Shown piece after piece: positions 50,250-62,849 of a stretch of DNA of 64,000 nucleotides. A program made the translations under genes and the position numbers. Below the pieces are notes generated by a model, which was given only the letters and a program-made list of their open reading frames with translations, had not been told where the DNA came from and did not search any database. Numbering within the stretch: position 1 is the first letter of the stretch; the number at the start of each line of letters is the position of its first letter. This stretch comes from Vicugna vicugna. Its lineage: Eukaryota. Location: positions 12,980,184 to 13,044,183 of the forward strand of contig MU058844.1 in the NCBI GenBank assembly GCA_013265495.1, written 5' to 3'.

Positions 50250-51185
50250 ATTATCAACATTTGGCCACATTGGCTTGCCATGTCTGTCTGTCTGTCTGTC
50301 TGTGTATCTATCTATCTATCTGTATCTATTTATCTGTCTATCTCAAGCTGCCTTTTTAAAAAATACTGAACCATTTGAAACCATGCTCTATAGAGTTAAC
50401 AGAAGTTGATGACTAACAGGAATTCTTGAGCTCATCTTACAGAGCAACAGATAGGGGAACAGCTTGTTAAAACCCCTCTGCTTGTAAACTGCCTTCCTTG
50501 ATGAAGCTCGCTTTAGTCATTTTTTCCTTTTCTTGGTTTTTTCCCTCTCTTTAATTGCATACCTTCCCAGCTTCACGTGGCCCAGTTGTTTTAAAGAACT
50601 TGGGGTCAGCTCTTGTCCAGTGTGAGCTGCCTAAAGCTGCTTGGGACCACTGACCCTCAAACTGGGCCTGTGCAGGTATCCGATGAGTGGTCTTTTGACG
50701 TCAGAGGGCCAGAAAACTCCACCCTCAGATCATGCTAAGTGCCTCCATTTTGAATATGCAGAGACATGTAACCCAGGTGCACCTGCACAGAGCACCGACC
50801 TTTCCCCATGCCAGGACCACCCTGTTTATCCTATAAATGTCCCAACTTCAGGGAGGTGGATCAGACTTATTCTATCATCTCCTCGCTTAGCTGTCTTGTG
50901 AATAAACTCCTTCCTCTGCTATAAACCTCAGCATCTCAGCATTTGTCTTGCTTCACATCAGGCAAATGGACCTGGTCCGTTAACACATTTGAAAGTACGT
51001 TGTAGACACCATGACACTTCATCTCTAAACATGTCACCATGTGTTTTCTAAGAACAAGGACATTCTCCTATGTAACTGTAATATCATATCACACCAAAGA
51101 AGTTTGATATTGATATAATTAAATTATCTGATATATAGCCTATTTTCAAAGTGTCTCCATTGTCTTAAAAATGTCCAATTAAGAT
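50250..51185 (-). mobile_element. Old L1MC-like 3' region split by an LTR; (TGTC)n(TATC)n at ~50280-50342
   Basis: CTGAACCATT|TGAAAGTACGTTGTAGACACCATGACACTTCATCTCTAAA...AAGAACAAGGACATTCTCCTA. Confidence 0.75.
50376..50985 (+). mobile_element. ERV1 solo LTR (LTR8-like), intact
   Basis: TGAAACC...TAACA, perfect TSD CATT; CRE TGACGTCA 50696-50703, TATAAA 50832, AATAAA 50901. Confidence 0.9.
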
Positions 51186-51344
51186 ATTATACATGTCTTT
51201 TTATTCCATTTGTTTAGTTATTCTTTTGTGTTGTCGTTTATAAAGATGTGAGTTCACGCTGGATTAGAAAAAGAAAAACTGGTTCTTCACCTCAGATAGT
51301 TTGAGAAGCACTGTCCTGAAAATGGTGTTTGGCAGGAGTGTGGA

Positions 51345-51347
51345 GTG

Positions 51348-51378
<31 letters not shown>

Positions 51379-51385
51379 TTGTGTG
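51345..51385. repeat. (TG)n microsatellite
   Basis: Direct reading. Confidence 0.9.
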
Positions 51386-51401
51386 CTTGTAGGGTTGAAG
51401 G

Positions 51402-51932
51402 TGTTAAGGAGGAAGACATTTCCCTCTACCCTTCTAGGCTCTCTGGCTGGTCTGAGAACTAAGTTGACAAGATGCAGATTAACAGGAGAAAGTCAAACAA
51501 AGTTTAATAACATGTATACATGGGAGCAGCCCAGGAAAACAGTAATTCTCTCAAATGGCCCAAGCCCTCACCTTGAATACTATCCTTGGCTAAAGACAAA
51601 AGAGGATGTGAGAGTGGGAACAGTCAATTATGGGAGGTTACCAGGAAAGGCACAGTGAACAAGAATAATTATGGTGCAGATTTAAGTCTTTGCCTTTCCA
51701 TTGATAAAAGTTTCTAGAGCTTTGGTTACCCTCCTTCTCCAGGTACAAAGAGGGAGACACACTTATAAATGGAGATTTCCCTTACAAATGTAAATATTTC
51801 TTACAAAAGGGCAACTTCTACTTGGTTTTCAGAACTCCTCCCAAGTCTGCTGTTTATTAGAAAATAACCACCTTAAAACAGTGAATATGCCAAAGAGACT
51901 TATTTTAGGGTGGCAAATTCTGCTCCCCTACA
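51402..51932 (-). mobile_element. ERV1-class solo LTR (MER34/MER39/MER41-like), intact
   Basis: TGTTAAGG...CAGATTAACAGGAGAAA...ATGCCAAAGAGACTTATTTTAGGGTGGCAAATTCTGCTCCCCTACA; perfect TSD AAGG. Confidence 0.9.
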
Positions 51933-52643
51933 AAGGGAAAGAGATCAAAGAAAAAGTCGTTAGTTTTTGATTTGGGGCTTTTTTTTCCAATCTAGGATCC
52001 AAACGAGAATCATCCATAACATTTGTTTTTCATGTTGTATAGTAATAAAGTTATGAAAACACTAAGAAAAACTTCCTGTTAAATAAGGGTCAAATTAGAT
52101 TGCTTGATATAATTGGTGGAAATGTGAAAACACTAAATGCATTTTATGGAAATAGAATGCATGGTGTTCAGAATTTTAAGGGAGTGAGAGGAGAATAAAT
52201 GCCAACAACCTTTGAGCCTTAATTTCACAGTTTTTTCCAAGCCTGTTATTCCTTAAGGATATGCTCCTGCTTTTCCCTTCTGTAGGTTTCTACTATGATT
52301 TTATCTTTATCCTAAAACTGAAGTGGAATAAAGGCAATGTCAGATAAGGGACTTTTTAAAGTAAATAACACTTTAAGCCAGTTGTGTTCACATGTTTTTA
52401 ATAAACAAATTTGCACTTTGCACATTTGCAAATCCTTGCAGTGTTAAACACTGATTTCCTCACTTCTCTCTTGGGCAGACTTCCTCTTCCAAATCCTCAC
52501 ATGTGACAGTAAAACATTGATGTTTGTGAAACGCAACCATTTCCTGATACCTCATTCTTTTTCATGGCAGCAAACAGTGATGTTATAAGCATCTGTCTTA
52601 CGAGCTTTCATTCAAGAATAAAAAAAATGTTCTTAACAAGAAA

Positions 52644-52895
52644 TGTAAGCAGATAGGGTGGGGGTCCCCAGAGAAAAAGAACCAAGCATGGCTTTCCTGA
52701 CATAAGAGAAGCCATTTTTGGCCCAAGCCTTTTTGTGATCTAAGTCTGGCCACAATGCTTACCCTTGGACTGGTCTCAGTAATTAGTGATCTTAAGGGAA
52801 GAAAGGGAATGCAGGAACAAAGAAAAAGCAGTAAGAAACAATACTTTAGCTCTAAAACAGAATCCTAGCTCCTCTTCAAGGAATATACATAACAG
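52644..52895 (+). mobile_element. Truncated ERV LTR 5' portion
   Basis: TGTAAGCAGATAGGGTGGGGGTCCCCAG...GAAGCCATTTTTGGCC; no 3' end seen. Confidence 0.55.
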
Positions 52896-52904
52896 TACTG
52901 CCCA

Positions 52905-53130
52905 AGACAGTAGCCATTAGCTATTTAAGTTCAGCTATTTAAATTTTAAATAGTTAAGATTAAATTATAATAAATTAAATTAACATCAAATAAAATAAAA
53001 AATTCAGTTTCTCAGTTGCATTCGCCAAATTTCAAGTGCTCACTGGCTACACGTGGCAAGTTGCCATCATATTGGACACCGTAAATATAGAATATTTCTG
53101 TCACTGCAGACTGTTCTGTTGAACAGCCCT
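52905..53130. mobile_element. hAT-Charlie MITE (MER3/MER33-like), partial
   Basis: AAAATTCAGTTTCTCAGTTGCA...TTTCAAGTGCTCACTGGCTACACGTGGC...ATATAGAATATTTC...GAACAGCCCTG. Confidence 0.8.
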
Positions 53131-54199
53131 GTTCTAGCATTACCTACAACACTTATCACAGTTCTGTTTACAGAAGATATTAAAAAAAAGAATGTGAAAT
53201 AATACAGAACACATAGTATTACTAATATGGTTACTTTTAGTAAGATCAAGAAAAGTCACATTTATGGTTTATCATTTAAAAATGAAAGGGTTGGAATGGA
53301 AAGAGATAGACATTAAGAGACCTTTTTAAAAAATGCACACCGATAGTACAAATAAAAGAGAGTACCTGCACTGTCTGTTTTCACAGTTGTGTGTGTGTGT
53401 GTGTGTGAGAGAGGTTGTTGTCAGGATAAAAATGAGAGTCTTCATGAATTATGTAAGGCCTTAGACAAGTGTGAGGTATTGTTAGCAATAATTACAACAA
53501 CATAAACAGCAGTTTGGCTATTCTGGTTTTGAGACAAAAGGAGATGGGGTAGTGACTTGAAATTGAGACACACTGTATCTTTTCCCTCATTGTTTTTTCT
53601 CACTATGTTTTATCATAGAGTTTGCAGACTCTGACTCGACAGGGGAGCTGAATACACAGGAAATGTTGAGAAATGTTGCTGCTTTCAGGAGCATCAACAT
53701 GGCCCTCCAGACAAACTGGTTAAGCCCTGCAACTGGCTGAGCTTGTGGACAGGAGTCCCGTCCTCTTCTGGTGAGCAGGAATCTTGGGTTCTGAATCCCA
53801 CCCCTAATTAGGAAACTCGCCATCCTAGGCAGAGAGGCTGTGGACTCTCCAGGGCCTCCCTCCCTAAAGACTCCCGATTGATACCTGCCCTCCAGCACCG
53901 CACTGATACTGGACTGTCAGTGGCTTTTTCTTTATTCCTTTTTCTTTTAAATTGAATGCACGGATCATGAAATAACAGCTACACAGAATGGTTTTGCTCA
54001 GCAGAATGTAAAGATTATTTACAGGAAAATGTTGTTTTACGTATAAGTGAATAAAAATATAATGAATATCGTCTTAGGATCATGGTAAGAAGTATACAAG
54101 GACTCTCAGAGCTGAAAGAGGCATTTTAATCATTTAGCCCAAAGATGAGGAAGTCCCTGCTGAGAAGTAGTCCCCAGTCTCTGCTTAGGAGGTACCCGT

Positions 54200-55025
54200 A
54201 TGTCAGTGAGCGTCCTGGCAGGAAATAGATGGCACAGTTTAACTGGGGAACTAGAGAGGGATGATTTACGAAACTGTAGGCGGGCTTCGTGGAAACCAGC
54301 AAGGAACAGTGCAGTACTTTAAAACTAGCAACATCAGGGAGCCCTGCCTCCCCTGTGCCTGATGGGGCAACAGAGGGCATGGTTCTTAGACCTCTGAGAG
54401 GGTAGCTGTCTTGGTCCACCCTGGCTACTATAACACAATACCGTAGACTGGGAGGCTTAAACAACAGACATTTGTTTCTCATGGTTCTGGAGGCTGGAAA
54501 GTCCAAGATCAAGGCGCTGGCAGATTGGGTTCCTGGTGAGAGCTTGCTTCCTGGATTGCAGACAGCCGCCTGCTCACTGTGTCCTCACATGGCAGAGAGA
54601 GGGCAGGCTCTGGTCTCTCTTCCTTTTCTTATAAGGAAGCTAATCCCATCAAGGGCACTGCATCCTCATAACCTCATCTCAACTAATTACTCCCCAAAGG
54701 CCCACTTCCAAACACCATCACTTTGGAATTAGGGCTTCATGTGATTTTGAAGGGAACACGGATATTGAGTGCAAAGCAGCAGCAGGTGGGGAGGGCTGCC
54801 TGACAGGAGCCATCACCTTCAGTAGAGGGATGAGGACAATCTGACACAAGGTGGGCCTGGGGAGTAAGGACCCCCCCATCTCACTTTCCACAGCTCTCCT
54901 ATTGGCCAGGCTCACCAAGAAGCAGGAGGATAAGGTGGCCAGTTGATCTGGTTTATGTCAGTCAGCCTCTCTTACCACAGAGCAACAGGAATAAGGATCT
55001 GGAGCGACAAATAGAAAATATACAG
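54200..55025 (-). mobile_element. Old ERVL LTR (LTR33/LTR41-like) split by an MLT1A
   Basis: GTCCTGGCAGGAAATAGATGGCACA...; CTCCTATTGGCCAG...GTCAGCCTC...GGATCTGGAG. Confidence 0.55.
54407..54778 (-). mobile_element. MaLR solo LTR (MLT1A-like)
   Basis: TGTCTTGGTCCA...GGTTCTGGAGGCTGGAAAGTCCAAGATCAAGG...GCAAAGCA; TSD GTAGC/GCAGC. Confidence 0.9.
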
Positions 55026-55029
55026 CTGT

Positions 55030-55161
55030 GGGGGAGGGTTTGGCTCAAGTGGCAGAGCGCATGCTTAGCATGAGGTCCTGGGTTCGATCCCCAGTACCTC
55101 CTCTAAAAATAAATAAACGAATAAACCTAATTACCTCACCCCTCAAAAAAAAATAATAAAA
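55030..55161 (+). mobile_element. vic-1-like tRNA-Ala SINE
   Basis: TGGCTCAAGTGG, GCATGCTTAGCATG, GGTTCGATCCC, tail AAACCTAATTACCTCACCCC then polyA; TSD AGAAAATA(T/C)ACAGC. Confidence 0.92.
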
Positions 55162-55670
55162 AGAAAATACACAGCCAGCCTCTCAGGCTACTTATTTCCC
55201 TGGAATGATTAAATGCAGTAATGTGTGTAAGGCTCTTTGTGTAGTGTCTACAATGCTACAGAAACTTAATAAATGCTAGTGTGCTGAGTATAAAATTTAT
55301 AGTCCCAGACTTATTCCATTTTTCAAAAGCTTAAAAACTGAGTTAGGATCTAGAGTCCCCAATCTGTTTAGTAGACTGCAGAAAACAGTCTTACCAAATT
55401 ATTGAAACTCAGTCATTTTTGAAAAATTCTTTTTTTTTTTTTAGATAAATTGCCACATTCAGGGTTTTCCTTTCTACTTTCTTCTCCATTTCTCCCCTTC
55501 TCCCCAGGTCTGATCTAAATTTCTGGAAGGATCTTACGAATGATGTAGGTATCAGTAGTGTGTGGTCGCTGCCATCCTGTGTCCTCTGTGCTATTATCAT
55601 CTGTTCTTTCCAGTTCTGTGGTTTATGCCACATCCTTATGCTCTGAGTCTTCCAGGCTTTATCCTTAATA

Positions 55671-56139
55671 CAGGCAGACCTCGAAGACATTGCAGGTTTA
55701 GGTCCAGGCCACCACAATAAGAGCAAACATTGAAAAAAGTGAGTCATACAAATACCTTGGTTCCCCAATGCATATAAGTTATGTTGACACTATGCTGTAG
55801 CCTCTTGTGTGCAGTAAGTCTAAACAATATACATATCTTAATTTTAAAATACTTTATTGTTAAAAAAGGTAATCATCATCTGAGCCTCGGGTGAGTCGTA
55901 ATCTTTTTGCAACAGTAGCGTCAATCATCACTGACCACAGATCATCATAACAAATGTAATAATAATGGAAAAGTTTGAAATATTGTGAGAATGACCAAAA
56001 TGTGACACAGAGACATGAAGTGAGCAAATGCTGTTGGAAAAATGGCACCAGTAGACTTAGTCAACACAGGGTGGCCACAAACCTTCAATTCGTAAAAATC
56101 ACAGTTATCTGCAAAGTGCAGTAACATGAGGTATGCCTG
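55671..56139 (-). mobile_element. Non-autonomous Tigger1 deletion derivative (Tigger1a_Art-like)
   Basis: TA|CAGGCAGACCTCG ... GAGGTATGCCTG TIRs; same two-arm structure as 10145-10630. Confidence 0.92.
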
Positions 56140-57214
56140 CACTTACAATCAACCTTCAGAATTAAAAATTAATAAAACCAAATATCTTTCAGCCTCTCTT
56201 GCCCCCTTAGCTAGATAACCACATGCAATGAATTATCTGTTCAACCACACACAGCAGTCTTCACAATGTGGTGTTAAAGTCTGTTATTAAGAGTCAAATA
56301 TCATAGAATTCTGTCTGAAGTAACGAAATTAAGTATCAGGAGTAATAATTAAGAAAGATAGTCAACTATGATTCTGTTTATTATAAAACTGATTTTGAGG
56401 TGCTTCATATTTATTAGGGAGTGAATAAGACTGACCACCCAGTAGCCACACATCAGTGATGTTTGACCTACCTTGTCAGGAAAGACTTTAATTTTCACGG
56501 ATGTGTAAGTCTGAAGTTTGGCTCTCCACTGAGTTTCTGCTTCCAGGTAATAAATCTTTTTCTTTCTCAGCCTCACTGATATGAAAATGGAAGGAAGTTT
56601 GCTGTGATCTCTGGGCTTCAGTTTGGTAAGATGCCACAAGGGGATAAGGGAATAAGACCAAAAGATAATTTGATTATTTGATGTATTTGGAAGCATATCC
56701 CAATGCTCTGAACACTGGAATTTTGACATTTTGAAATAAGATTAATGTGGTCTGCACGCTGGGCCAACACCCAAACTGGGTAAGTAGTATGGTGCCTGTT
56801 CTAAGCTTGAAGGTATTGCCTAAATCCAACTAATGACCAAGGAATGTGGAACCATGGAAGTCAAGAGGATTTAGTTAATTTCATCAGCCTTTTGTGATTT
56901 GACCCTTTGTGGTTAGTTCTGAACAGGTTCTAAAGTTTAATTCCTTTGTCCATGTTACCATGTGTGCATCCAAAAGAAAAATAAGAAGAATCCCATCCTG
57001 CCCTCCATACACACACCTAGAGAGCCAGCAGGGATTAATGCAAGAGCCCACCTTGCTGAGGGCTCTGCCCAATTATATAAAAGACCAAGTATTTACATTC
57101 ATCCTCATTGCTAGGACACAATGTGTTCTCAGTGTATTACTCGTTACCTCTTGAGTGGTGGTATTTGGTTACTCACTGAGTAACAGGAGAAGAACCAGTA
57201 TAAATGGTAGAGAG

Positions 57215-57370
57215 ATTATAAGAGCAAACACCTAATTAGTGCTTTCTTTGTGTCAGGCCCTGGGATAAGCACTTTTCGTATATTAACTTATTTAATTCTC
57301 CCAGTAACCCTATGATGTAGTTCCTGTTCCTAACATTCCCATTTTAACGGATAAAGAAACTGAGGCAGAG
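57215..57370 (-). mobile_element. MIR
   Basis: ATTAACTTATTTAATTCTCCCAGTAACCCTATG...CCCATTTTAACGGATAAAGAAACTGAGGCAGAG. Confidence 0.8.
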
Positions 57371-59575
57371 TCATTTATTCAATTAATATTTATTGAGTGT
57401 CTACTATGTCCCTGATACTGGCTTAGGAAGTAGGAATGCATCAAAGCATCCCTGCCTTCATGGAATTTACCATCTAGTGGTGAGAGGAAAAAAAACTATA
57501 ATTATATAAATTATATGATAAGTTAGAAAGTGGTAAGTGATACCAAAAAAAAAAAGTAGAGCATTAAAGAAGAAGAGTGTTCTGTGTGTGTTTGTGTGCA
57601 CGTGCAATTTAAAGTAAAGGACGATGGACGGTGAAAGCCTCACTCAGATGGTGACTTTTGAGCAAAGATTGAGGGAGGTGAAGAGAGACTCAGGTAAACC
57701 CCTGGGAGAAGGTCATGCCGCAAAGAGTAAACTGCCAAGTGCAAGGGCCCCAGGGAGGTGCTTGGAGTGTTGCAGACAAAGCAGGGGGGCCCCCGTGGGT
57801 AGAGTGATGCAAGTATGTGAGGGAGGAATAGAAGAGGTTAGAAAAAAAGCCAGATCCCGAGGGCTTTGCAGGCACTGACTTTTATGGAATTGAGAAGTCT
57901 TCGGAAGGTTTTGAGCAGAGAAACTACATGATGTGACTTGTGTTGGAAAAACATCCTATGGATGCTGTGCTATGAATAGACTGTGTGTAGGCAAGCAGTA
58001 GTAGATGGGGTGCTGGTAGGCTAGGGTGGAAACCAGACAGATGAGTTAGGAGGCTATTATAATAACCTGGGGGTTCTGGAGACTATTAACAGTAACCTGG
58101 AGAGTAATGAGAGGGAGTTGAACCAGTATTGTTGCACTAGAAACAGTGAGAATCATCAGATTCTGAGAATATTTTGAAGGTGGAATTCCTAGGATTTGCT
58201 AATAGATTGAATAGGGGATAGAAAAAGAAGAGTAAAAGTGACTCCAAACTTTCAGGCCTGGCTTACAGGAAGGGTTGGCATTGGTGGAAGCTGGGAAAGA
58301 CTCAGAGAGGAGCAGGATTGCTGAGATCAGGAGTTCAGTTTTGACATGCGAGGTTTGACATGACAAGACATCTGTGGCAGGTAGGACAATGCCGCCCCCG
58401 CAAAGGGGGCATCCAGATCCTAATCCCTGGAACCTGTGAATATGTTTAGTTACATGGCAAAGAGGAATTAAGGTAGTAGGTGGAATTAAGGTTGGTAATT
58501 AGCTGACCTTAAGATAGAATTATCCAGGTGAACTCAGTGTAATCACAAGCCATCACAAGTCTCTAAATGTGGAAGAAGGAGACAGAGGAGTCAGAGGGAT
58601 GCAACATGAGAAAGATTTGACTGGCCATTGTTAGCTTTGAAGATGGTTCTGGCCACAAACAAAGGAATGCAAGCAGTCTCGAAAAGCTGGAAAAAGGCAA
58701 AGTAGCGGATTCTTCCCTAGAGCCTCTAGGAAGAAATGCAGCCCTGCTGACGCCTTGACTTTAGACCACTGAGATGCATTTTGGGCTTCTGACCTCCTCC
58801 AGAAAGGTAAGGTAATAAATTTAATAAATTTGTGGTGTTTGAAGCCACTAGGTTTGTGATCATTTCTTGCAGCCCCAATAGGAAAATATAACACCCAAGT
58901 GGAGATATCTAATAGGCTGCTGGATATAAATGTCTGGATTTGGGGTAGAGATCCAGGATGGGGATATAAATTTGGAATTATCAGAATATTGATGATACTT
59001 AAAACTAGGAGACCTGCTGGGATCAAGGGAGTCAGTACAGAGAGGGGAAGAAGAGAGAAGAGCTGGAAAGTGGGGAGGAGAAGAGGGGAGAGGAGAGGAG
59101 AGGAAAATGCAAGGACTGGGCCTGGAGGAACTCTCACATTAAGAGATCAAGAAGATGAGAAGGAGCCAGCAAAGGAGACCTGGGAGGAGAAACTAGTGAG
59201 GTAGGAGGACAGCCAGGTGGGCGTGTTGTCTGGGAGCAGGAGAAGGAGGTTATGATATGTGTCAGATGCTGCCGATGGGTCAGGTAAGATGAGGACGGAG
59301 ATGGAGCGTTGGACTGAGCAATGTAGGGGTGACTGGTGACCTTGATAAGAGCAGTTTGAGCAGAGTGGTGTCGGCTAAAACCTTGTGGAGTAGATTTTAG
59401 CAAGAACAGGAAGAATGGAGTTGAAGACAGTGAGTATAAACTCCTTTGAAAGAGTTTTGTTATAAAAATGAGTAGAGAGACTGTGACAGCTGGAGTTGGA
59501 AGTGGACTTTTTGGCTGAGAGTGAGAGAAATAACAATTTATTTGTATGTTGATAAGAATGATTGAGCAGGGAGGA
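57371..59575 (-). mobile_element. Long L2 (L2a-like) with RT remnant, split by an MLT1D
   Basis: 3' end TCATTTATTCAATTAATATTTATTGAG; minus-strand ORF-track peptides QGFSRHHSAQTALIKVT and QTFISSSLLDISTW resemble L2 RT. Confidence 0.9.
58373..58890 (+). mobile_element. MaLR solo LTR (MLT1D-like)
   Basis: TGTGGCAG...CCTAATCCCTGGAACCTGTGAATATG...GGAATTAAGGTTG...CTAGAGCCTC...CAATAGGAAAA; TSD ACATC/ACACC. Confidence 0.92.
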
Positions 59576-60268
59576 TCAGAGAGGTCAGGTCCCTTGCTCA
59601 AGGTCACATGACCATGTAGAGCAGAGATGAACTCTCCCAGCTGAGGTCATTCTAGACAAGCCCACCCCCAGAAGGGAAGCCACTTAGCCAGCCCAGCAGC
59701 TGGCCACACACTAATGTGTGAGCCCAGCCAGGACCAGCTTAATGATGCTTTCTGTTTTAATCGAAGTTTATGGGTTGCTGTTATGTAAAAAAAAAAAAAA
59801 AACTGGTATTGGGTCAAATTAGTTACATGTGTTTGGGGTACAAGTGGCCACCTAAGTTCAAGATCATAGCTGACTAATATATGCAAGGGGCATTATAATT
59901 CATTATATGGGATTCATTATAATGAGATTGTAAGAGACCTTTCGCTCTCAAAGGTCTGCCCAGTCTAAGTTTTATGCTAAATTTCTAATTTGCTTTTTCA
60001 CTGGAAAAAAATAGGAATGTAATCACCTTTAGCAACTTATTTATGGCATGAAAATTGATATATCTTTCTCTAAATAGGTGGCAAAATAAGATTAAATAAC
60101 ACTATTACTGTTCAGTGAATGCGTGTCTAGACAACACCAAGTCATGGCTTTTTCTTGTCCTAATATGCCGTCATTTAAATTTTTTGCACTTTGCCTTCAT
60201 TTCTTTTGTAAAATCACGAGGAAATAGTTTGCAACTCGAATATATTTTACTTGAAAAGGTCATTTTCC

Positions 60269-60458
60269 TATGCTAATTTGCTTGATTGTGATGATTATTT
60301 CACCATGTATAGGTATGTCAAAACATCACATTGTACATCTTAAATATACAAAATTTTTATTTGCCAATTATACCCCAAAAAAGTCAGGAAAAAAAGAAAA
60401 ATTTTGATTCTTCAAAATGAATTCATCAGGGAAAAAAATTGAAAAGAAGAAAGAAAAA
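60269..60458 (+). mobile_element. Short L1 3' end (L1MA-like) with an extended double A-rich tail
   Basis: GCTTGATTGTGATGATTATTTCACCATGTATA...TCAAAACATCACATTGTACA; TSD GAAAAGGTCATTTTCC / GAAAACATCATTTTCC. Confidence 0.8.
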
Positions 60459-62055
60459 GAAAACATCATTTTCCAAAGCCTTAATTGGCATTAGTTCTGA
60501 CCCATAAGTAGTAATTGCACAATTACTTTTAGGGTATTATGACTTTGGTGCAAGAAAAATTATGATGGCTTTAGACTGATCAGCTTTTGGCTGTAACTGT
60601 TAAAATCTAGAAATAGAAGCTAGGAATAAATTCCTTCTGAATGAATGCGTTCCTTTTCTCAAAAATTCTAGATCAAGGTAACCATAAGTATAAGTGAGTT
60701 AAGAGCAAAACCAACTTTTGCAGCATCTCATGCCTTAGTGAGTTTCTGAGCACAGAACGTCTTGCTCTGTATCCATCTCTTTTCCCTCTTTCCTGAAGGG
60801 TAAGGATATTGTGGTTCTTCTCAGGGTCGTGATCCCCCTGGTCTCCCTTCTCTCTCCTCCCCCATTGCCCTCACAGTTCCACATCAGAGGAATAGGAAGC
60901 ACTATGCCCTTGCTGGTGCCATCTTTGTGTAAGTCTAGTAGTTTCTAGTTTTACCAGAATTTATATTATTAACCAGACTGCATTGCCAATCTATGTGCAC
61001 CTTTGACATAAGATACTGTTTGAGGCCTGTGCCTTTGCAGATCAGGTAAGATGTATTCTTGGTTTCCCACAGACATGGGACAGAAATTTTCTAGTTTAAA
61101 TCTAAGAAATGTATTTACCCAAAAGCCGAGTGATGTGTTAATAACCATTCCTGTTCACAGAGGTTTTTGTCAGTTTGTGCTCTGTCATTATACAGTGACC
61201 TTTCTCTGGCGTATCAGGAGGCATTTAAGAGAGAACAGCTTTGTTCAGGATTCTTTATGGCGTGTAATGGAGAAATCATTGCTGTCGGGGGGGGGTCTTA
61301 ATTAGAACTAAAGGAGCTGTTCTGAACTTGACATCCACTATAGAGGCTAAGTGGATATCTCTTCAGCATTTAGTTTCAGGTATGAAGCACTTTCTCACAT
61401 TAAGCATTTCCTTATCTGTATAATAGGGTGTCAACAAGCACTTCTATGTAAATAAATGTTTTATTGAACACATATGCCAGGAACTATTCTAAGACCTTTG
61501 TATATATTACCTCCTAAGATGGGAATTTGAATGCACAAAGCAGTTGAATTGCACAAATTTTAATTTTTAAAAATTCTTAGACATAAAAACAGTCTTCAAA
61601 GTTCTTAAAGGTCATTTTGTCATGAAATAAAAAGCAAATGCATGAATTGGAGAAGTACTGAAAGAGAAACAAGCACTCTGAAAGTGTTGCTGTAAAAGCA
61701 GTTGATTGATTCATAGACAGACCAAACAAGACAGCACGGCAGGGAGTAATGTTGCAATTGGGCAGCCGTGAAAGAAGGGAATTTTTGGCAAAGGCAAGGT
61801 TTTTATCTTGAAATGGAAGAGATGGAAATCATAGTGAGACCATAGCTACATGCAATAAAGTAGCTTTTTTTTTTTTTCTTTTCAAGTTGTGGCTTGAGTG
61901 TAGCTGAGTTTTAAAACTGGGAGGCTGGTGCTGGCGCTAACTTGTATCTTTTCTTATGAAGTATATGATGCCAAACAAATTGCATAGTTTCCAAGACTGG
62001 TGAAGTTAACATGGTCATATGCCCCAGGACGGTGGAGGAATTTGGGATGAAAAAG

Positions 62056-62430
62056 TGTATTAATTACCTATTGCTGCATAACAAATTACCCCAAAGTTTA
62101 GCAACTTAAAACAACAAAAATACATTATCTCACCTAGTTTTTAAGGGTCTGGAAATCAGGAGCAGCTTAGCCCAATTGTTCCGGCTCTTGAAGTTGCAGT
62201 CAAGCTGCTGGCTTTGAGGAGGATCCACTTCTAGATCCATTTACATGGCTGTTGACACAAGGCTTCAATTCCTCATCTTTTATTTTTGTAACCTAATCTA
62301 GGAAGTGACAATTACTTCTGCTGCATGCTAATGGCATACAGACCAATTCTAGTAAGACATGGTTGGTGGCTATACAGGGTGTGAATATCAGAAGATGGGA
62401 TTGTGGGAGGCCATCTTGGATCTGGCTTTG
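62056..62430 (-). mobile_element. MaLR LTR (MLT1F/G/H-like), partial
   Basis: TGTATTAATTACCTATTGCTGCATAACAAATTACCCCAAA...AGGAGCAGCTTAGC...GGGTGTGAATATCAGAAG...GGCCATCTTGG. Confidence 0.8.
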
Positions 62431-62849
62431 TTTATTTTCTTAAAAAATCATTTGGTCCTGCCAGTTAATGAGACAGCATCTGCTTATACACCTACGTCCT
62501 TTTGAGTTATGCAAATCCTAATCACAGGAACTTGGAACTGGAAGAACTGTAGAGATGATCTTCTAACCTAATCCTTGTTTTCTTCTAAGATTCATCCGGA
62601 TGGAGTAGGGAAAATAAAGGCCAGAGTGCATAAAGGACTTGCCCCAAATACCCTCCCCTCCAAAAGCTGATTCAAAAGTTTATCCTTAGGTCAGTAACTT
62701 TTTATAAAATATTTGAATCTATAATTTTTTGTTTATGATTTATTTTACTTTTAAATCAGAAGAACCCAAATGTTGAGTTGGGTTTAATTTTCATGAGTCA
62801 GGATTCATTCAAGTCAATGTTCTTTTCTTTTTTAAAAAAATTTCTTTAT

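Noticed and set aside
58631..59607. Long ORFs of 168 and 157 aa
   Set aside because: Read-through of decayed L2 RT and MLT1D sequence, not host genes.
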